Part shown: one piece after another, positions 48,240 to 58,886 of the stretch
Numbering within the stretch: position 1 is the stretch's first letter
Layout of the letters: every line of letters starts with the position of its first letter
Assembly (NCBI GenBank): GCA_947446605.1
Contig: CANFHJ010000004.1
Span: 1 to 58,954 of the forward strand
Source: Bacteroidota bacterium
Lineage (GTDB): Bacteria; Bacteroidota; Bacteroidia; UKL13-3
Direction of reading: 5' to 3'
Length of the DNA stretch: 58,954 bases
Translations under genes and position numbers: made by a program
Notes under the pieces: model-generated
The model's database searches: none
What the model saw: only the letters and a program-made list of their open reading frames with translations
What the model was told of the DNA's origin: nothing

Positions 48240-49838
48240 TTAATTATTTATAATATTATTAAAATCTATACTTTGTTCAATGTCCCAATATGCTTTTACT
48301 ATTATCTCTTGTTTTACATAAAATACGCGTTCTGCCTGCTGTCTTTTATTAAAATTACCATTATCCCAAATTCCATTATTATTCAAATCTTCAATAATCT
48401 TAATCTTATAATTACCTGGTATAATATAATTCCAATTAATTATTTGAGGAGTTTTACCTTTTATTTCTGCTTGTACTTTTTCATCTGCTGTAACTTCTAC
48501 CAGTTGAATAATTAAATTAGTAGATCCAGTATAATTTGCTTTAATTATTAGGTTACCATAATCTTTAGCGCCCTTAATAGAAAAGGTACTAAATAATGAT
48601 TTATTATACCTATCAAACACATTTTTATATATAGAATCCTTAATGAGAATACTATAATTTTTACCTTCAATAAATGGATAATATACAACCGTTTTAAATT
48701 TATTTATCTGTCTACTATAACTAGGTATAAAAGCTATTGTATCCTCTTTAAATTGTATTTTACTTATTGGTAAACTATCAAGGGGTATATTGCTATTAAA
48801 ATAAATGCTATCACCTGTTTTTATTGGTAACTGCATTTGCAGTTGAAACTCTGGATATTTACTTTTTGCTTTAGGTCTTACAAAGGCATAATAACTGGTA
48901 TCAGCAGTTTTAATATTAAATATTTGTATTGCTGTATCCATATGATTAGGTATGTATAACACAACCGTATCAATTGCATTTTTACCTGGTATTAAGGTTG
49001 AATAATATTTATTTATTCCTACAGGTTCTATATTAATGTTTTTAGGTTTGTATACAGGAAATAGAAACTTACCCTTTTGCTTATGTATACTATCTAAAAC
49101 AGTATTTTCTTCATGTAATTCTGGCTCAATTAAAAATAATTTTCTTGGTATATTTTCTATATCCGTTATTACAGGATAATTAGTGAAAGATATGAGCTCA
49201 TTTTTTTGGTATTTATTATCTGCACTTGCATCCTTAAATCCAAACATATAAAAAGTATCTTGTGGTAAATTTTCAATAATATAACTTCCATCTTCTTTAC
49301 TCTTTGCAAAATAATTTGGATAATTTTTTTGTAAAGTTGTATCTGTAAAATTTGCCTTTTTGTATAAGCCAACTACAATATCTTTTTCTGGTTTATTAGT
49401 AAATGCGTTGTATATAAACCCCCCAACATGATTGGAGTCTAATAAATCCCCACTTGCAAATACATAAGAAAAATTACTAAGCACATTACCCTCATTAATA
49501 TCTACAATAGAATTACCAAAATTGATGGTATATGTTGTATTTTTTTCTGGCCTACTGCGCATAAATACAATCTCAATATTCTTCCCAATAGACTCAATTT
49601 GTGGCTTATCCTTAAGGTAAGGTGATATAACTATTTGCGAAGGATCTTTTATTTGAACATACTCATCAAAGCGTATGGTAATTTTATCTGCTTCAAAATG
49701 TGTTGATTTATTTATTGGTTTACAGCCAATTACTTTTGGAGGGGTATCATCTTTTTTCCCTCCAGTGGGTGCTACTTGTTGCGCACACGAAAACACCAGA
49801 AACAAGAATGAAAGACCAACACAATGTTTGAGTCTCAT
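48240..49838 (-). CDS. Ig-like (Big_5-type) domain lipoprotein
   Basis: Lipobox FSC, AQQVAPTGGKKDDTPP, FDEYV, NTTYTINFGNSIVDINE and DLNNNGIWDNG. Confidence 0.85.
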   Translation of the reverse strand: MRLKHCVGLSFLFLVFSCAQQVAPTGGKKDDTPPKVIGCKPINKSTHFEADKITIRFDEYVQIKDPSQIVISPYLKDKPQIESIGKNIEIVFMRSRPEKNTTYTINFGNSIVDINEGNVLSNFSYVFASGDLLDSNHVGGFIYNAFTNKPEKDIVVGLYKKANFTDTTLQKNYPNYFAKSKEDGSYIIENLPQDTFYMFGFKDASADNKYQKNELISFTNYPVITDIENIPRKLFLIEPELHEENTVLDSIHKQKGKFLFPVYKPKNINIEPVGINKYYSTLIPGKNAIDTVVLYIPNHMDTAIQIFNIKTADTSYYAFVRPKAKSKYPEFQLQMQLPIKTGDSIYFNSNIPLDSLPISKIQFKEDTIAFIPSYSRQINKFKTVVYYPFIEGKNYSILIKDSIYKNVFDRYNKSLFSTFSIKGAKDYGNLIIKANYTGSTNLIIQLVEVTADEKVQAEIKGKTPQIINWNYIIPGNYKIKIIEDLNNNGIWDNGNFNKRQQAERVFYVKQEIIVKAYWDIEQSIDFNNIINN

Positions 49839-49839
49839 C

Positions 49840-50733
49840 TTATTTATGCTTTACGATAAACATAACACTAGAGTAATTACCTGTAAACCAAGCATTTATT
49901 ATAGAAAATACACCTACTATTCCACCCTTTATAAAACCAAATTTATGTTTCTGGTGGTATTCACTCCTCATTGAAATATATGGGGCATCAAATAGCATTG
50001 ATTTTTTTCTAACTACCTTAAAACCATGCTTCTCCATTAAATATTCAAAACTTTTAGGTGTAAAATGAAACAAATGACGAGGAACATCATAGCCATCCCA
50101 AAATTGTTTGTAATACTTTGCATCATATGAATTTGAAATTGGAACGGCTATAAACATCGTTCCATTTGGCTTTAATATGCGTTTTAAAAGAGTCATTCGC
50201 TCATCAAGTCTATAAACATGTTCCATAACATGCCATTGTGTTATAACGTCAAAAGAAGCATCGTTTAAAGTATTTAGTTCTCCTTCTGGCAAAACGTTTA
50301 TAGCGAATTGGTTTTTAACGTACTCAATTGCTTCTTGTGAAACATCCGCCCCTTTAGCATCAAATGTTTGATCTAAGGTTACCCCATTAAGAAAATACCC
50401 TAAGCCACAACCAAGGTCCAATAGGCTTCCAGAATTATGAAATTGTTTGATGGTTTGTAATTTACTGCCAATACTAAAATTTCTAACCCAATCATAAATT
50501 TTATAGGTTACCCCTAATTCAGACTTATCATTTCCTGAGTGGGAGATATAATTATTGGATTGGTAATATCTTCCAACCTCCTCCTCTTTGGGTCTTACCG
50601 AAGTAAACTGAAGGCTACAATTTTTACAACTTACAATTGGGAAGCTCTCACCGCTTGCAACGTAATCCTTACATTCAAATAGGTCGATAAATTCTGTTTG
50701 CTTACAAACAGGGCATTGTTCAATTTTTTCCAC
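49840..50733 (-). CDS. Class I SAM-dependent methyltransferase with N-terminal zinc ribbon
   Basis: CPVC...CKNC, LLDLGCGLG, FDVITQWHVMEH and DVPRHLFHF; GTG start. Confidence 0.9.
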   Translation of the reverse strand: MEKIEQCPVCKQTEFIDLFECKDYVASGESFPIVSCKNCSLQFTSVRPKEEEVGRYYQSNNYISHSGNDKSELGVTYKIYDWVRNFSIGSKLQTIKQFHNSGSLLDLGCGLGYFLNGVTLDQTFDAKGADVSQEAIEYVKNQFAINVLPEGELNTLNDASFDVITQWHVMEHVYRLDERMTLLKRILKPNGTMFIAVPISNSYDAKYYKQFWDGYDVPRHLFHFTPKSFEYLMEKHGFKVVRKKSMLFDAPYISMRSEYHQKHKFGFIKGGIVGVFSIINAWFTGNYSSVMFIVKHK

Positions 50734-50750
50734 GTTGCAAAATAAAGAAA

Positions 50751-52616
50751 TTATCTACCCAAATGCACCATTAGAATTGAAACATCTGATGGCGATATTC
50801 CACTTATTCTAGATGCCTGTCCTAAAGTGGCCGGTCTTTGTTTAATTAATTTTTCTCTAGCCTCAATTGAAATAGATTTTACCAGATGATAATCAAAATC
50901 TTCGCGAATCTTAAAGTCTTCCAATCTTTCCATTTTATCTACCAATTGCTTTTCCTTCTCCAAATAACCTTCGTATTTTATTTGAACCTCTGCCTGTAAA
51001 ATGGTTTCTTTGGGTATTTCTCCTGCAAAAGCATTCAGCGTTGGAAGCGCTGCTATCATATCAATTAAGCCTATTTGTGGTCGACCCAATAATTGATTTA
51101 ATTTATAATTTTGCGGTATTGGACTGGTTTCAAATTTATTTAAAAACGGATTAGCCTCGTTTGGTGTAACCGACGTTTTCACCAGGAAATTAATGAGCGA
51201 TTGGGTGTCGGCTATTTTCTTATCTACTGCCATTAATCTCTCATCAGACGCCAATCCAATTTTAGCAGATTTTTCTGTAAGCCTAACGTCGGCATTATCC
51301 TGTCTAAGCACAAGCCGGTATTCTGCCCTAGATGTAAACATCCTATATGGCTCATCGGTTCCTTTGTTTACCAAATCATCAATTAAAACACCGATATATG
51401 CTTCTGATCTTGATAATATAAATGCCTCTTTTTCATTGATTTTTAGGTGCGCATTAATTCCTGCCATCAAGCCTTGGCAAGCAGCTTCTTCATATCCTGT
51501 TGTGCCATTTATTTGACCAGCGAAATATAGGCCAGAAACAAGTTGCGTTTCTAAACTTAACTTCAATTGTGTAGGGGGAAAATAATCGTATTCTATAGCA
51601 TAACCCGGCCTAAACATTTTTGCATTTTCAAAACCAGGTATCAACTGTAATGCCCGGTATTGAACAGCTTCTGGCAAACTTGTAGAAAACCCATTCACAT
51701 ATATTTCTACTGTATTCCAACCCTCTGGTTCTACAAATATTTGATGCCTATCTCTTTCAGCGAACCTATTAATTTTATCTTCAATAGATGGGCAATATCT
51801 AGGACCTAAGCCTTGTATTCTTCCGGCATACATTGGAGAATCATCAAAGCCGGTTTTTAGCACATCATGCACCTCTTGGTTGGTATATGTTATCCAGCAA
51901 GATCGCTGAGTTGTTGCATTCGTGGTAATAGAAGAATACGAAAACTTTTCAGGTTCTTCATCTCCTTTTTGCTCCTCCATTTTGCTATAATTCAACGACC
52001 TTCCATCTATTCTTGGGGGGGTTCCTGTTTTCATTCTTCCAGAAGTAAATCCCATTTTTTGCAAACTTTCAGTTACGCCTTTTGCCGATGCCTCACTTAT
52101 TCTTCCCCCACCAAATTGCTTTCTTCCAATATGAATAATGCCATTTAAAAAAGTACCACTTGTTACTACCACAGACTTTGCCAAAATAGTGTGACCCATA
52201 GACGTTACAACCCCTGTTATAGAGCCATTATCACTGAGTAATTCATTTACAGAATCTTGCCAAAAATCAACATTTCTACATTGCTCCAAATGTTCCCGCC
52301 AATATTGACTGAATAACATTCTGTCGTTTTGAGTTCTTGGGCTCCACATGGCAGGGCCTTTTGACCTGTTTAACATCCTAAACTGAATAGTTGATAAATC
52401 TGATATAATACCAGAGTACCCACCAATAGCATCAATTTCTCTTACAATTTGACCCTTAGCAATACCGCCCATAGCCGGGTTACAGCTCATCTGGGCAATC
52501 TTATTCATGTCCATCGTAATAAGCAGAACACTCGACCCCAGGTTGCTAGCCGCCGCCGCCGCTTCGCATCCGGCATGACCAGCACCAACAACAATTACAT
52601 CATATTTTTTAAACAT
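50751..52616 (-). CDS. mnmG: tRNA uridine-34 5-carboxymethylaminomethyl modification enzyme (GidA)
   Basis: [39 protein letters not shown] and [14 protein letters not shown]. Confidence 0.98.
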   Translation of the reverse strand: MFKKYDVIVVGAGHAGCEAAAAASNLGSSVLLITMDMNKIAQMSCNPAMGGIAKGQIVREIDAIGGYSGIISDLSTIQFRMLNRSKGPAMWSPRTQNDRMLFSQYWREHLEQCRNVDFWQDSVNELLSDNGSITGVVTSMGHTILAKSVVVTSGTFLNGIIHIGRKQFGGGRISEASAKGVTESLQKMGFTSGRMKTGTPPRIDGRSLNYSKMEEQKGDEEPEKFSYSSITTNATTQRSCWITYTNQEVHDVLKTGFDDSPMYAGRIQGLGPRYCPSIEDKINRFAERDRHQIFVEPEGWNTVEIYVNGFSTSLPEAVQYRALQLIPGFENAKMFRPGYAIEYDYFPPTQLKLSLETQLVSGLYFAGQINGTTGYEEAACQGLMAGINAHLKINEKEAFILSRSEAYIGVLIDDLVNKGTDEPYRMFTSRAEYRLVLRQDNADVRLTEKSAKIGLASDERLMAVDKKIADTQSLINFLVKTSVTPNEANPFLNKFETSPIPQNYKLNQLLGRPQIGLIDMIAALPTLNAFAGEIPKETILQAEVQIKYEGYLEKEKQLVDKMERLEDFKIREDFDYHLVKSISIEAREKLIKQRPATLGQASRISGISPSDVSILMVHLGR

Positions 52617-52636
52617 ACTAATTTTGTTATTCAATT

Positions 52637-52652
52637 GTTTTCACGTGAAACA
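52637..52652. promoter_or_regulatory. parS: parS-like ParB binding site
   Basis: GTTTTCACGTGAAACA, 14/16 to TGTTTCACGTGAAACA; in the ybeY-mnmG gap near the candidate oriC. Confidence 0.75.
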
Positions 52653-52657
52653 TGGCA

Positions 52658-53095
52658 TTAATACTTTGCTAAATACTTTGCTTCTTTAGCCCGCATCTCA
52701 ACAATTTCCCTTTTAGTCTTATCTCCATATCCAAGCAAATGAAGAAGACCATGAACCATTACGCGCAATAACTCTAATTCAAAGCTTACCCCCATTAGCA
52801 TTGCGTTATCCTTTATTCTATCAATACTTAAATACAAATCCCCTTCTATTATACCAACCCTATCACTCAAGTCAAAGGTTATAATATCTGTATAATAATC
52901 ATGGCCCAGGTGTTCTCTATTTACTTGCAGCAAATATTCATCTGTACAGAAGTTATAGGAAAGGTTTTCAATTTGAGCCTTTTCAGACAATGCCACATTA
53001 TTAAGCCAGTTTTCAACTTTTGTTTTATCAATTTTAGGCCTCTTATTGATATTATTAAAACTGATAATATTATTCAAGTACGGTAATGTTGCCAT
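52658..53095 (-). CDS. ybeY: rRNA maturation endoribonuclease YbeY
   Basis: HDYYTDIITF, GDLYLS and HGLLHLLGY; start uncertain (ATG 53095 or TTG 53077). Confidence 0.93.
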   Translation of the reverse strand: MATLPYLNNIISFNNINKRPKIDKTKVENWLNNVALSEKAQIENLSYNFCTDEYLLQVNREHLGHDYYTDIITFDLSDRVGIIEGDLYLSIDRIKDNAMLMGVSFELELLRVMVHGLLHLLGYGDKTKREIVEMRAKEAKYLAKY

Positions 53096-54797
53096 GTATC
53101 TCTATTGTTTTTTCTCCTTGATAAACCTTCGCAATAAAGAAATATACACCTGTTGGCACATATTCTCCTGCATTATTCTTAGCAAACCATCCACTAATAA
53201 AATTATCGGTATTATATTCTAATTGTCCCCACCTGTTGAATATTTGAATACTTGTTTTGCTAAGATCTATGCCAGCCCCACTAAAGGTGAATGTTTTGTT
53301 TATTCCAAATACGCTAATTGCATTTGGGTAATAAATGTTTCCAGTTTTGATATAGCAAGCAATATTACTTTTTGAAACACCACTTCCGCCATTTTCTAAA
53401 GCCTCAATATAATAGCAATCTACCGATTGATCTGTTTCTGGTAAGGAATAGAAACTGTCCATTGTGTTATTTGGCAATGCCATGAAGTTGCTTGCGTTTG
53501 TAATAGTATTGCCTGATGCTCTGTATATTGTGTAGAATTTAACACCAGCGTTCCACGTGAAATATTTGCCCCAACTTAAATCTATATACAGATTTTTTTT
53601 GTTTAGGGTTAATACAATATTGTTAGAATTTGTGCTCGAATCACTACTTATTCCACACACGTTTTTACCAATAATATAATAGTTGTGATTTGCTTTGATA
53701 TCAGCCGATGCGTCTTCATAAACTATTTCACTTGGTCCAAATGAGTGCAAAAATACAGGAGATTCATTTTGGTGAACTCTAAATAAGTCTATTGCACCAT
53801 AATCACTTATTGGGTTTCTTGAAATTTGAATCTCCACATTATTGTTTGTGTTTAGGCCAACTTGCTTGATTAATGTGTTATGTGGGCTATTTGTTTTTCC
53901 AGAATTTAGGGTGTAAGTGGAATTTGAACTGGCGCTTATTTTTCTGAATAGATCTATTTTTTCAGCCCTAATAAAGTATTGGTAAATGTTGTTTTTAGAA
54001 ATATCATTATCGGTATAGTTTTGAATAGTTGGATTAAGACTATCAATTAATAAGAATGCACCTGCGTTTGTTTTTTTGAAGAGGAAATATTTTCTAGTAT
54101 TCCAGCCTATATATTTAGTCCATTTTAAGCTCACCTCGTTTTTGCATGTATCTATGGTGCCAGACATCCATATTGTTTTATGTAAATAGTTGCCATAATC
54201 TTTCCTATTATCACAACTATCAGCACTTGTGATATCGTAGCTTAGGGCCTTGTTTCTAGGGTCGTTTGGACTGTTGTCAATAAAGAAGGTGTCCTTGTAG
54301 TTTTCTGCCAAACGTGGATCTGGCCTATCATAATTATATAAATAATAAGAACTGAAGTCGGGTGTTTTATTGGAAGTCCAACCTAAGTATATTTTGTTTG
54401 TTATTGGGTCAATACTAACAGAATCCAAAATACTTGAATCTGGCTTGATGTCGTCTATGGCTAATGTATCTGTGGAGCTGTTGAATGTGTCTGTACCGCA
54501 CAATCTTTGGAAGGCTAAGTAATAACGCCAATCTTTTGTGCTGGGAACATTTGCGTTTAGGTGTAGATAGTTTTTACCACTAGTTGTTATGCCAGAGTCT
54601 ATGCCAAAAAAGGATTGACCAATTGCATCTCGACCATATATTTTAAGCGTGTTTAGCAGGATACAGGTGTCTGGATAAATTTGCCAATTAATACTATTAT
54701 TGTTCCCGCCATTGCATACCCTTACCAGCTTTATTTTTTGTCCGAAAGTTTGAAAGGACAACAGTGTGATCCATATGATAAAAACTATTTTTTTCAC
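53070..54797 (-). CDS. Secreted FN3/Ig-like repeat protein with a T9SS type B (gliding-motility-associated) CTD
   Basis: Signal peptide; LxWxxY repeats; C-terminal YPNAI...IFNRWGQ...GVYFF...GNITVL. Confidence 0.78.
   Translation of the reverse strand: MKKIVFIIWITLLSFQTFGQKIKLVRVCNGGNNNSINWQIYPDTCILLNTLKIYGRDAIGQSFFGIDSGITTSGKNYLHLNANVPSTKDWRYYLAFQRLCGTDTFNSSTDTLAIDDIKPDSSILDSVSIDPITNKIYLGWTSNKTPDFSSYYLYNYDRPDPRLAENYKDTFFIDNSPNDPRNKALSYDITSADSCDNRKDYGNYLHKTIWMSGTIDTCKNEVSLKWTKYIGWNTRKYFLFKKTNAGAFLLIDSLNPTIQNYTDNDISKNNIYQYFIRAEKIDLFRKISASSNSTYTLNSGKTNSPHNTLIKQVGLNTNNNVEIQISRNPISDYGAIDLFRVHQNESPVFLHSFGPSEIVYEDASADIKANHNYYIIGKNVCGISSDSSTNSNNIVLTLNKKNLYIDLSWGKYFTWNAGVKFYTIYRASGNTITNASNFMALPNNTMDSFYSLPETDQSVDCYYIEALENGGSGVSKSNIACYIKTGNIYYPNAISVFGINKTFTFSGAGIDLSKTSIQIFNRWGQLEYNTDNFISGWFAKNNAGEYVPTGVYFFIAKVYQGEKTIEIHGNITVLE
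53549..53564. promoter_or_regulatory. parS: Second parS-like site, inside a CDS
   Basis: CGTTCCACGTGAAATA, 14/16 to TGTTCCACGTGAAACA. Confidence 0.55.
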
Positions 54798-56074
54798 TTT
54801 TTCCCAACTACCATTTCAACGATATTTTCGTTAGCTAAGTATTTATTTGCTAAATGCTGTAATTCTTCTGCACCTATTTCATTTAAAATTTTAACAAAGT
54901 CTGGGTAATAGCTATCGGAAAGCTTATTGTCTATCATTATTTTTAACCGATCTGCTAATGAGAATGGACCGTCTAGACTTCTTAGAAAGGAACCTAAATA
55001 GTAGTTTCTAGCAGTATCAATTTCGTCATTAGGTATTGGTTCGGCACAAATACGAGCAAGTTCCTTGTAAATTTCTGATAGACCACTTTCTCTATTTTTT
55101 GAGTTCATATCAGAGTCAATATACCAAACGGAAGTGCCTTTAAATGGCTCTAAAACCGAATAAATACCATAGGTTAGGCCTTTGTCTTCCCTGATGTTTT
55201 TCATTAGTCTTGAACCAAAATAGCCACCGAAAATTAAATTTAAAAATTGCAATTTTCTAAAATCTTCGTGGTCTCTTTGAATGCTAATTTTTCCAATTCT
55301 AATTGCAGATTGAACGGAATCGTTTTTTTCAATGAGGTGCTTTCCAATTTTGCTAATTGGATCAGGCATATGTAACTTATTTTCTTTGGGTTTAGAGAAA
55401 GGTTGTTCAGCCATTGATTTTTCAATAATATTAAGGGTTTCAATGCTATAACAACCGGATAACATTAAATATTTTAAGCCTTCTAGGTATTGATTTTTGT
55501 GGAAAATTTCAAGACTGTTTCTGTCAATTGAATTTATATTTTCTTTACTTGAAAATGCTGCGTAGGGGTGGTTTTCGCCAAGTAGGTTTTGGTAGAAATT
55601 TTTTCTGCACAGGTAACTATTTTTCTTTTCGTTTACGATTAATTTTTGAAGGCTGTTCTTTTTTTGAATATCTAGTTCCTTGGCTGGAAATATTGATTCT
55701 ATAAGGGCTTCAAGAAATAGGGGCAAACAATTATTGAAATGCTTATCGAGGCAATATAAACTTGCCACTGCATCATCTGCATTGCACCTTGTTTGGAAAT
55801 AGGAGCCATAAAAATCTAAAGATTCTGCCAAAGAAAGCGCGTTTCTTTTGTTAGTTCCTTCACTTAACATGCTTGCTGTAAAAGCTGCTTCCGCATTTTT
55901 TACTTGGTGAATGAGTCCCGCATCAAAAATAAAGTCGAGGCGAACAACGGGTTGAACACCCGCCTTAAGCGCATAAATTTTAAATCCTTGCTTTGTGTAT
56001 CTGGTTTCATAGGCCGGAAAATGCAAGCGGTCTACCAAATGAAATGCAGGTGCTATATTTCTGTTTAGGCTCAT
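54794..56074 (-). CDS. M16B peptidase, non-catalytic subunit
   Basis: No HxxEH; carries FGGYFGSRLMKNIREDKGLTYG (R/Y pair); coupled to the catalytic subunit by an ATGA overlap. Confidence 0.88.
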   Translation of the reverse strand: MSLNRNIAPAFHLVDRLHFPAYETRYTKQGFKIYALKAGVQPVVRLDFIFDAGLIHQVKNAEAAFTASMLSEGTNKRNALSLAESLDFYGSYFQTRCNADDAVASLYCLDKHFNNCLPLFLEALIESIFPAKELDIQKKNSLQKLIVNEKKNSYLCRKNFYQNLLGENHPYAAFSSKENINSIDRNSLEIFHKNQYLEGLKYLMLSGCYSIETLNIIEKSMAEQPFSKPKENKLHMPDPISKIGKHLIEKNDSVQSAIRIGKISIQRDHEDFRKLQFLNLIFGGYFGSRLMKNIREDKGLTYGIYSVLEPFKGTSVWYIDSDMNSKNRESGLSEIYKELARICAEPIPNDEIDTARNYYLGSFLRSLDGPFSLADRLKIMIDNKLSDSYYPDFVKILNEIGAEELQHLANKYLANENIVEMVVGKK

Positions 56075-57309
56075 GATTTTGCGTGATAATAAAGGGTGTT
56101 ACAATTCTCTTCAACGAGCATGTTTTTAGCCACTTCTTGAAGAATTTCAGGGTTAACGGCTAGGTAATGGTCTATTTCGGTATTTACTAGCTCTATATCG
56201 CCCAAAAACTCTGCAAATGCTAGCTTCATTGCTCTGTTAAGCACATTCATATCTCCAAAACAAATATTGGTTTCGGTTTTATTTATCACTTTGCTGAGCT
56301 CGTTTTCCGAGATAAGGTTGTTTTTTAGAAATTCTATTTCTTCTAATATGGCGGCCTCTGCTGTTTCAAAACTTATTCCTTTCATTAGCTTTCCTTCAAT
56401 GAGAAATAATCCAGGGTCTGCATCTCCACTGATATAGGTGTCTAGTTCGCTGAAGAGCCTTTTTTCTTTTACCAATCGATTAAAAAAGCGTGCAGATTTT
56501 CCAGAACCCAAAATATCTGATAGGAGGTCGCAGGCGTAATAATCTGGATCTAATCTACCACCCATGTGGTAGGCTTTTACAATTAGGTCAAGTGGCACAT
56601 CGTTGTATACATGTTCCTTTCGCGCCTCAGTTTGTTTGGGTTCTTTTTCAAGCTCTGAAATAATTGTGTTTCGTATTTCAATTGGAGCAAACCACTTATT
56701 GACCAGCCTTTTAGTCTCTTCCAAACTCACATTACCAGCAACTACCAAAATGGCATTATTAGGCGCATAAAAATTAAAAAAGAATTCTTTTACCTGTTCA
56801 AGGTTAGCGGCTTCAATATGACCAATTTCTTTTCCAATAGTTGCCCAATTATAGGGGTGTTTTTGATAGGCAAGCGGAAGAATTTTTAGCCAAATATCCC
56901 CATAAGGCTGGTTTAGGTAGCGCTCTTTAAACTCTTCAATAACCACATTTTTTTGAACGTCTAAACTTTTTTGGTTAAAGTCTAAACTCAGCATTCTGTC
57001 GCTATCTAGCCAAAACCCGGTTTCAATATTATTTGCGGGAAGAGTTACGTAATAATTGGTAATGTCGTTACTGGTAAAGGCATTGCTTTCTCCACCAGCA
57101 TCTTGAAGCTCCGTGTCAAATTCTTTTACATGTTTTGAACCACCAAACATAAGGTGTTCAAACAGGTGGGCAAAGCCAGTTTTATTAGGATCTTCATTTC
57201 TAGAGCCAACCCTATACAAGAGGTTCAGCGCACAAATTTGTGTGGCATCGTCGAAGTGATGAATGACAGTTAGGCCATTTTCAAGCGTGAATTTATGGTA
57301 TTGGATCAA
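56071..57309 (-). CDS. M16B zinc peptidase, catalytic subunit
   Basis: LENGL, VGSRNE, GFAHLFEHLMF, NAFT and VVIEE; TTG 57309 preferred because of the promoter at 57331. Confidence 0.92.
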   Translation of the reverse strand: MIQYHKFTLENGLTVIHHFDDATQICALNLLYRVGSRNEDPNKTGFAHLFEHLMFGGSKHVKEFDTELQDAGGESNAFTSNDITNYYVTLPANNIETGFWLDSDRMLSLDFNQKSLDVQKNVVIEEFKERYLNQPYGDIWLKILPLAYQKHPYNWATIGKEIGHIEAANLEQVKEFFFNFYAPNNAILVVAGNVSLEETKRLVNKWFAPIEIRNTIISELEKEPKQTEARKEHVYNDVPLDLIVKAYHMGGRLDPDYYACDLLSDILGSGKSARFFNRLVKEKRLFSELDTYISGDADPGLFLIEGKLMKGISFETAEAAILEEIEFLKNNLISENELSKVINKTETNICFGDMNVLNRAMKLAFAEFLGDIELVNTEIDHYLAVNPEILQEVAKNMLVEENCNTLYYHAKS

Positions 57310-57330
57310 AGCTGTGGGTATTGTTAAGCA

Positions 57331-57338
57331 CAAAGATA
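57331..57338 (-). promoter_or_regulatory. -7 promoter element (TATCTTTG)
   Basis: TAnnTTTG match 21 nt upstream of TTG 57309. Confidence 0.58.
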
Positions 57339-57407
57339 GGCGCTTCAATAGGGGCTTTTATGGCCCGCACTTCACAACATTGAACGATAAAATGTGAATT
57401 GTATGGC

Positions 57408-58787
57408 TTAAACCTCACCTTCCCATTTAGCCACAACATAGGTTGCCAAACAGTTTCCAATAACATTTACAGTGGTTCTACCCATATCCATCAATGCATC
57501 TACAGCTAATATTGCAAATGCTTTGGTTGGGTCGAGGCCTAAAGAGGCAACTGTGCTAACCAAAATTAAGAAAGATGCGCCTCTCACACCAGCAACGCCC
57601 TTGCTGGTAAGCATGAGAATTAAACACATTTGAATTTGCTGACCAATGCTTAAATCAATACCAGAAGCCTGTGCAATAAAAACCGATGCCAAAGAAAGGT
57701 ATAAAGTTGTTCCATCTAAATTAAAACTATAGCCGGTTGGCAACACAAAGGCAACCACTTTTCGTGGAATACCCATCTCCTCTAAGCGCTCCATGGCTTT
57801 AGGGAGAGCAGCTTCAGAGCTTGCTGTAGCGAAAGCGATGGAAACCGGCTCGGAAATAGCGTTTAGGAAGCGTTTAAAAGGCAGCTTAACCAATAATCCT
57901 ATTGGCACTAGCACGAGTGCGACAAATGCAAAGAGCGCTGCGTAAAGGGTTCCTACGAGCATAAACAAACTTCCTATTACACCCATTCCCAAACTGGCAA
58001 CAGAATATGCCATTGCACCGCCCACCGCAAAGGGAGCAAAGAGCATAACCATATTGGTAAATTTAAACATTACTTCGCTCAAACCTTCTGAAAATAAGAG
58101 AACTGCAGCCTTTTTTTCTTGATTTTTTACAAGCGCTAAACCAATTCCAAATAAAATACTGAATATAACCACCTGCAGAATTTGGTTGTCTGAAACAGCT
58201 TTTGCAATGTTTTCTGGGAATATATCTAGGATTACATCATGACTTTGTTTTTGGGCTAAAAGGGTTTGTGCTTTTTCAATTTGAGCGTTTTGGGCATGTA
58301 AATCTGTGCCTATACCAGCCTTTGAAAGGTTAATAGATACAAGGCCTATGAAGAGTGCGACAGTGGTAACCAGTTCAAAATATACGATGGATTTAATTCC
58401 CATTCTTCCAACCTGTTTGATATTGGAGTGTCCGGCAATTCCAACCACCAAAGTACTAAATAATAAAGGGGCTATGATGGTTTTTATTAATCTTAGGAAG
58501 ATATCACTGAGTACTTTTAGGTTTAATGCAATGCTTGGAAAGTCTGTTCCGATTGAAATACCAAGGAGCATTGCAATTAAAATCCAGATGGTTAAATTGC
58601 GCTTTACATAAGCGTAGCCGATGGAAATGCCTAGTGCGACCCAACGTAATAAAACCAATAAATTGAACGTTAATTGTCCGTTGTTAAGGTTTATTTGAAA
58701 CCAATCTGGGTTTCCCACAAAAAACAGCAAACAAAACAATCCAAGAGTGAAAAGTGTGGCAATGAGTAGTCTTTTAGATGTCATCAT
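57408..58787 (-). CDS. Dicarboxylate/amino acid:cation symporter (GltP/DctA family)
   Basis: FLRLIKTIIAPL, AFATASSEAALP, PTGYSFNLDGT, LTSKGVAGV and DMGRTTVNVIGN. Confidence 0.93.
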   Translation of the reverse strand: MMTSKRLLIATLFTLGLFCLLFFVGNPDWFQINLNNGQLTFNLLVLLRWVALGISIGYAYVKRNLTIWILIAMLLGISIGTDFPSIALNLKVLSDIFLRLIKTIIAPLLFSTLVVGIAGHSNIKQVGRMGIKSIVYFELVTTVALFIGLVSINLSKAGIGTDLHAQNAQIEKAQTLLAQKQSHDVILDIFPENIAKAVSDNQILQVVIFSILFGIGLALVKNQEKKAAVLLFSEGLSEVMFKFTNMVMLFAPFAVGGAMAYSVASLGMGVIGSLFMLVGTLYAALFAFVALVLVPIGLLVKLPFKRFLNAISEPVSIAFATASSEAALPKAMERLEEMGIPRKVVAFVLPTGYSFNLDGTTLYLSLASVFIAQASGIDLSIGQQIQMCLILMLTSKGVAGVRGASFLILVSTVASLGLDPTKAFAILAVDALMDMGRTTVNVIGNCLATYVVAKWEGEV

Positions 58788-58791
58788 TCCT

Positions 58792-58799
58792 CAAACTTA
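58792..58799 (-). promoter_or_regulatory. -7 promoter element (TAAGTTTG)
   Basis: TAnnTTTG match 4 nt before ATG 58787. Confidence 0.55.
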
Positions 58800-58886
58800 C
58801 GAAGAAAAATAATGAAAAAAGAAATTAGGAATTAAACCTTCTTGTAATAACTTGCATCTTACAGAAACAAACTAAACTAAAATACC

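Noticed and set aside
48240-49838. Very AT-rich gene suggesting horizontal acquisition
   Set aside because: It is a typical Bacteroidota lipoprotein tightly linked to the methyltransferase and mnmG; no mobility genes or flanking repeats; it adjoins the AT-rich origin region
50726-50741. Third parS-like sequence TTTTCCACGTTGCAAA
   Set aside because: Only 12/16 match with a broken CACGTG core; better explained by the GTG start codon and adjacent promoter element
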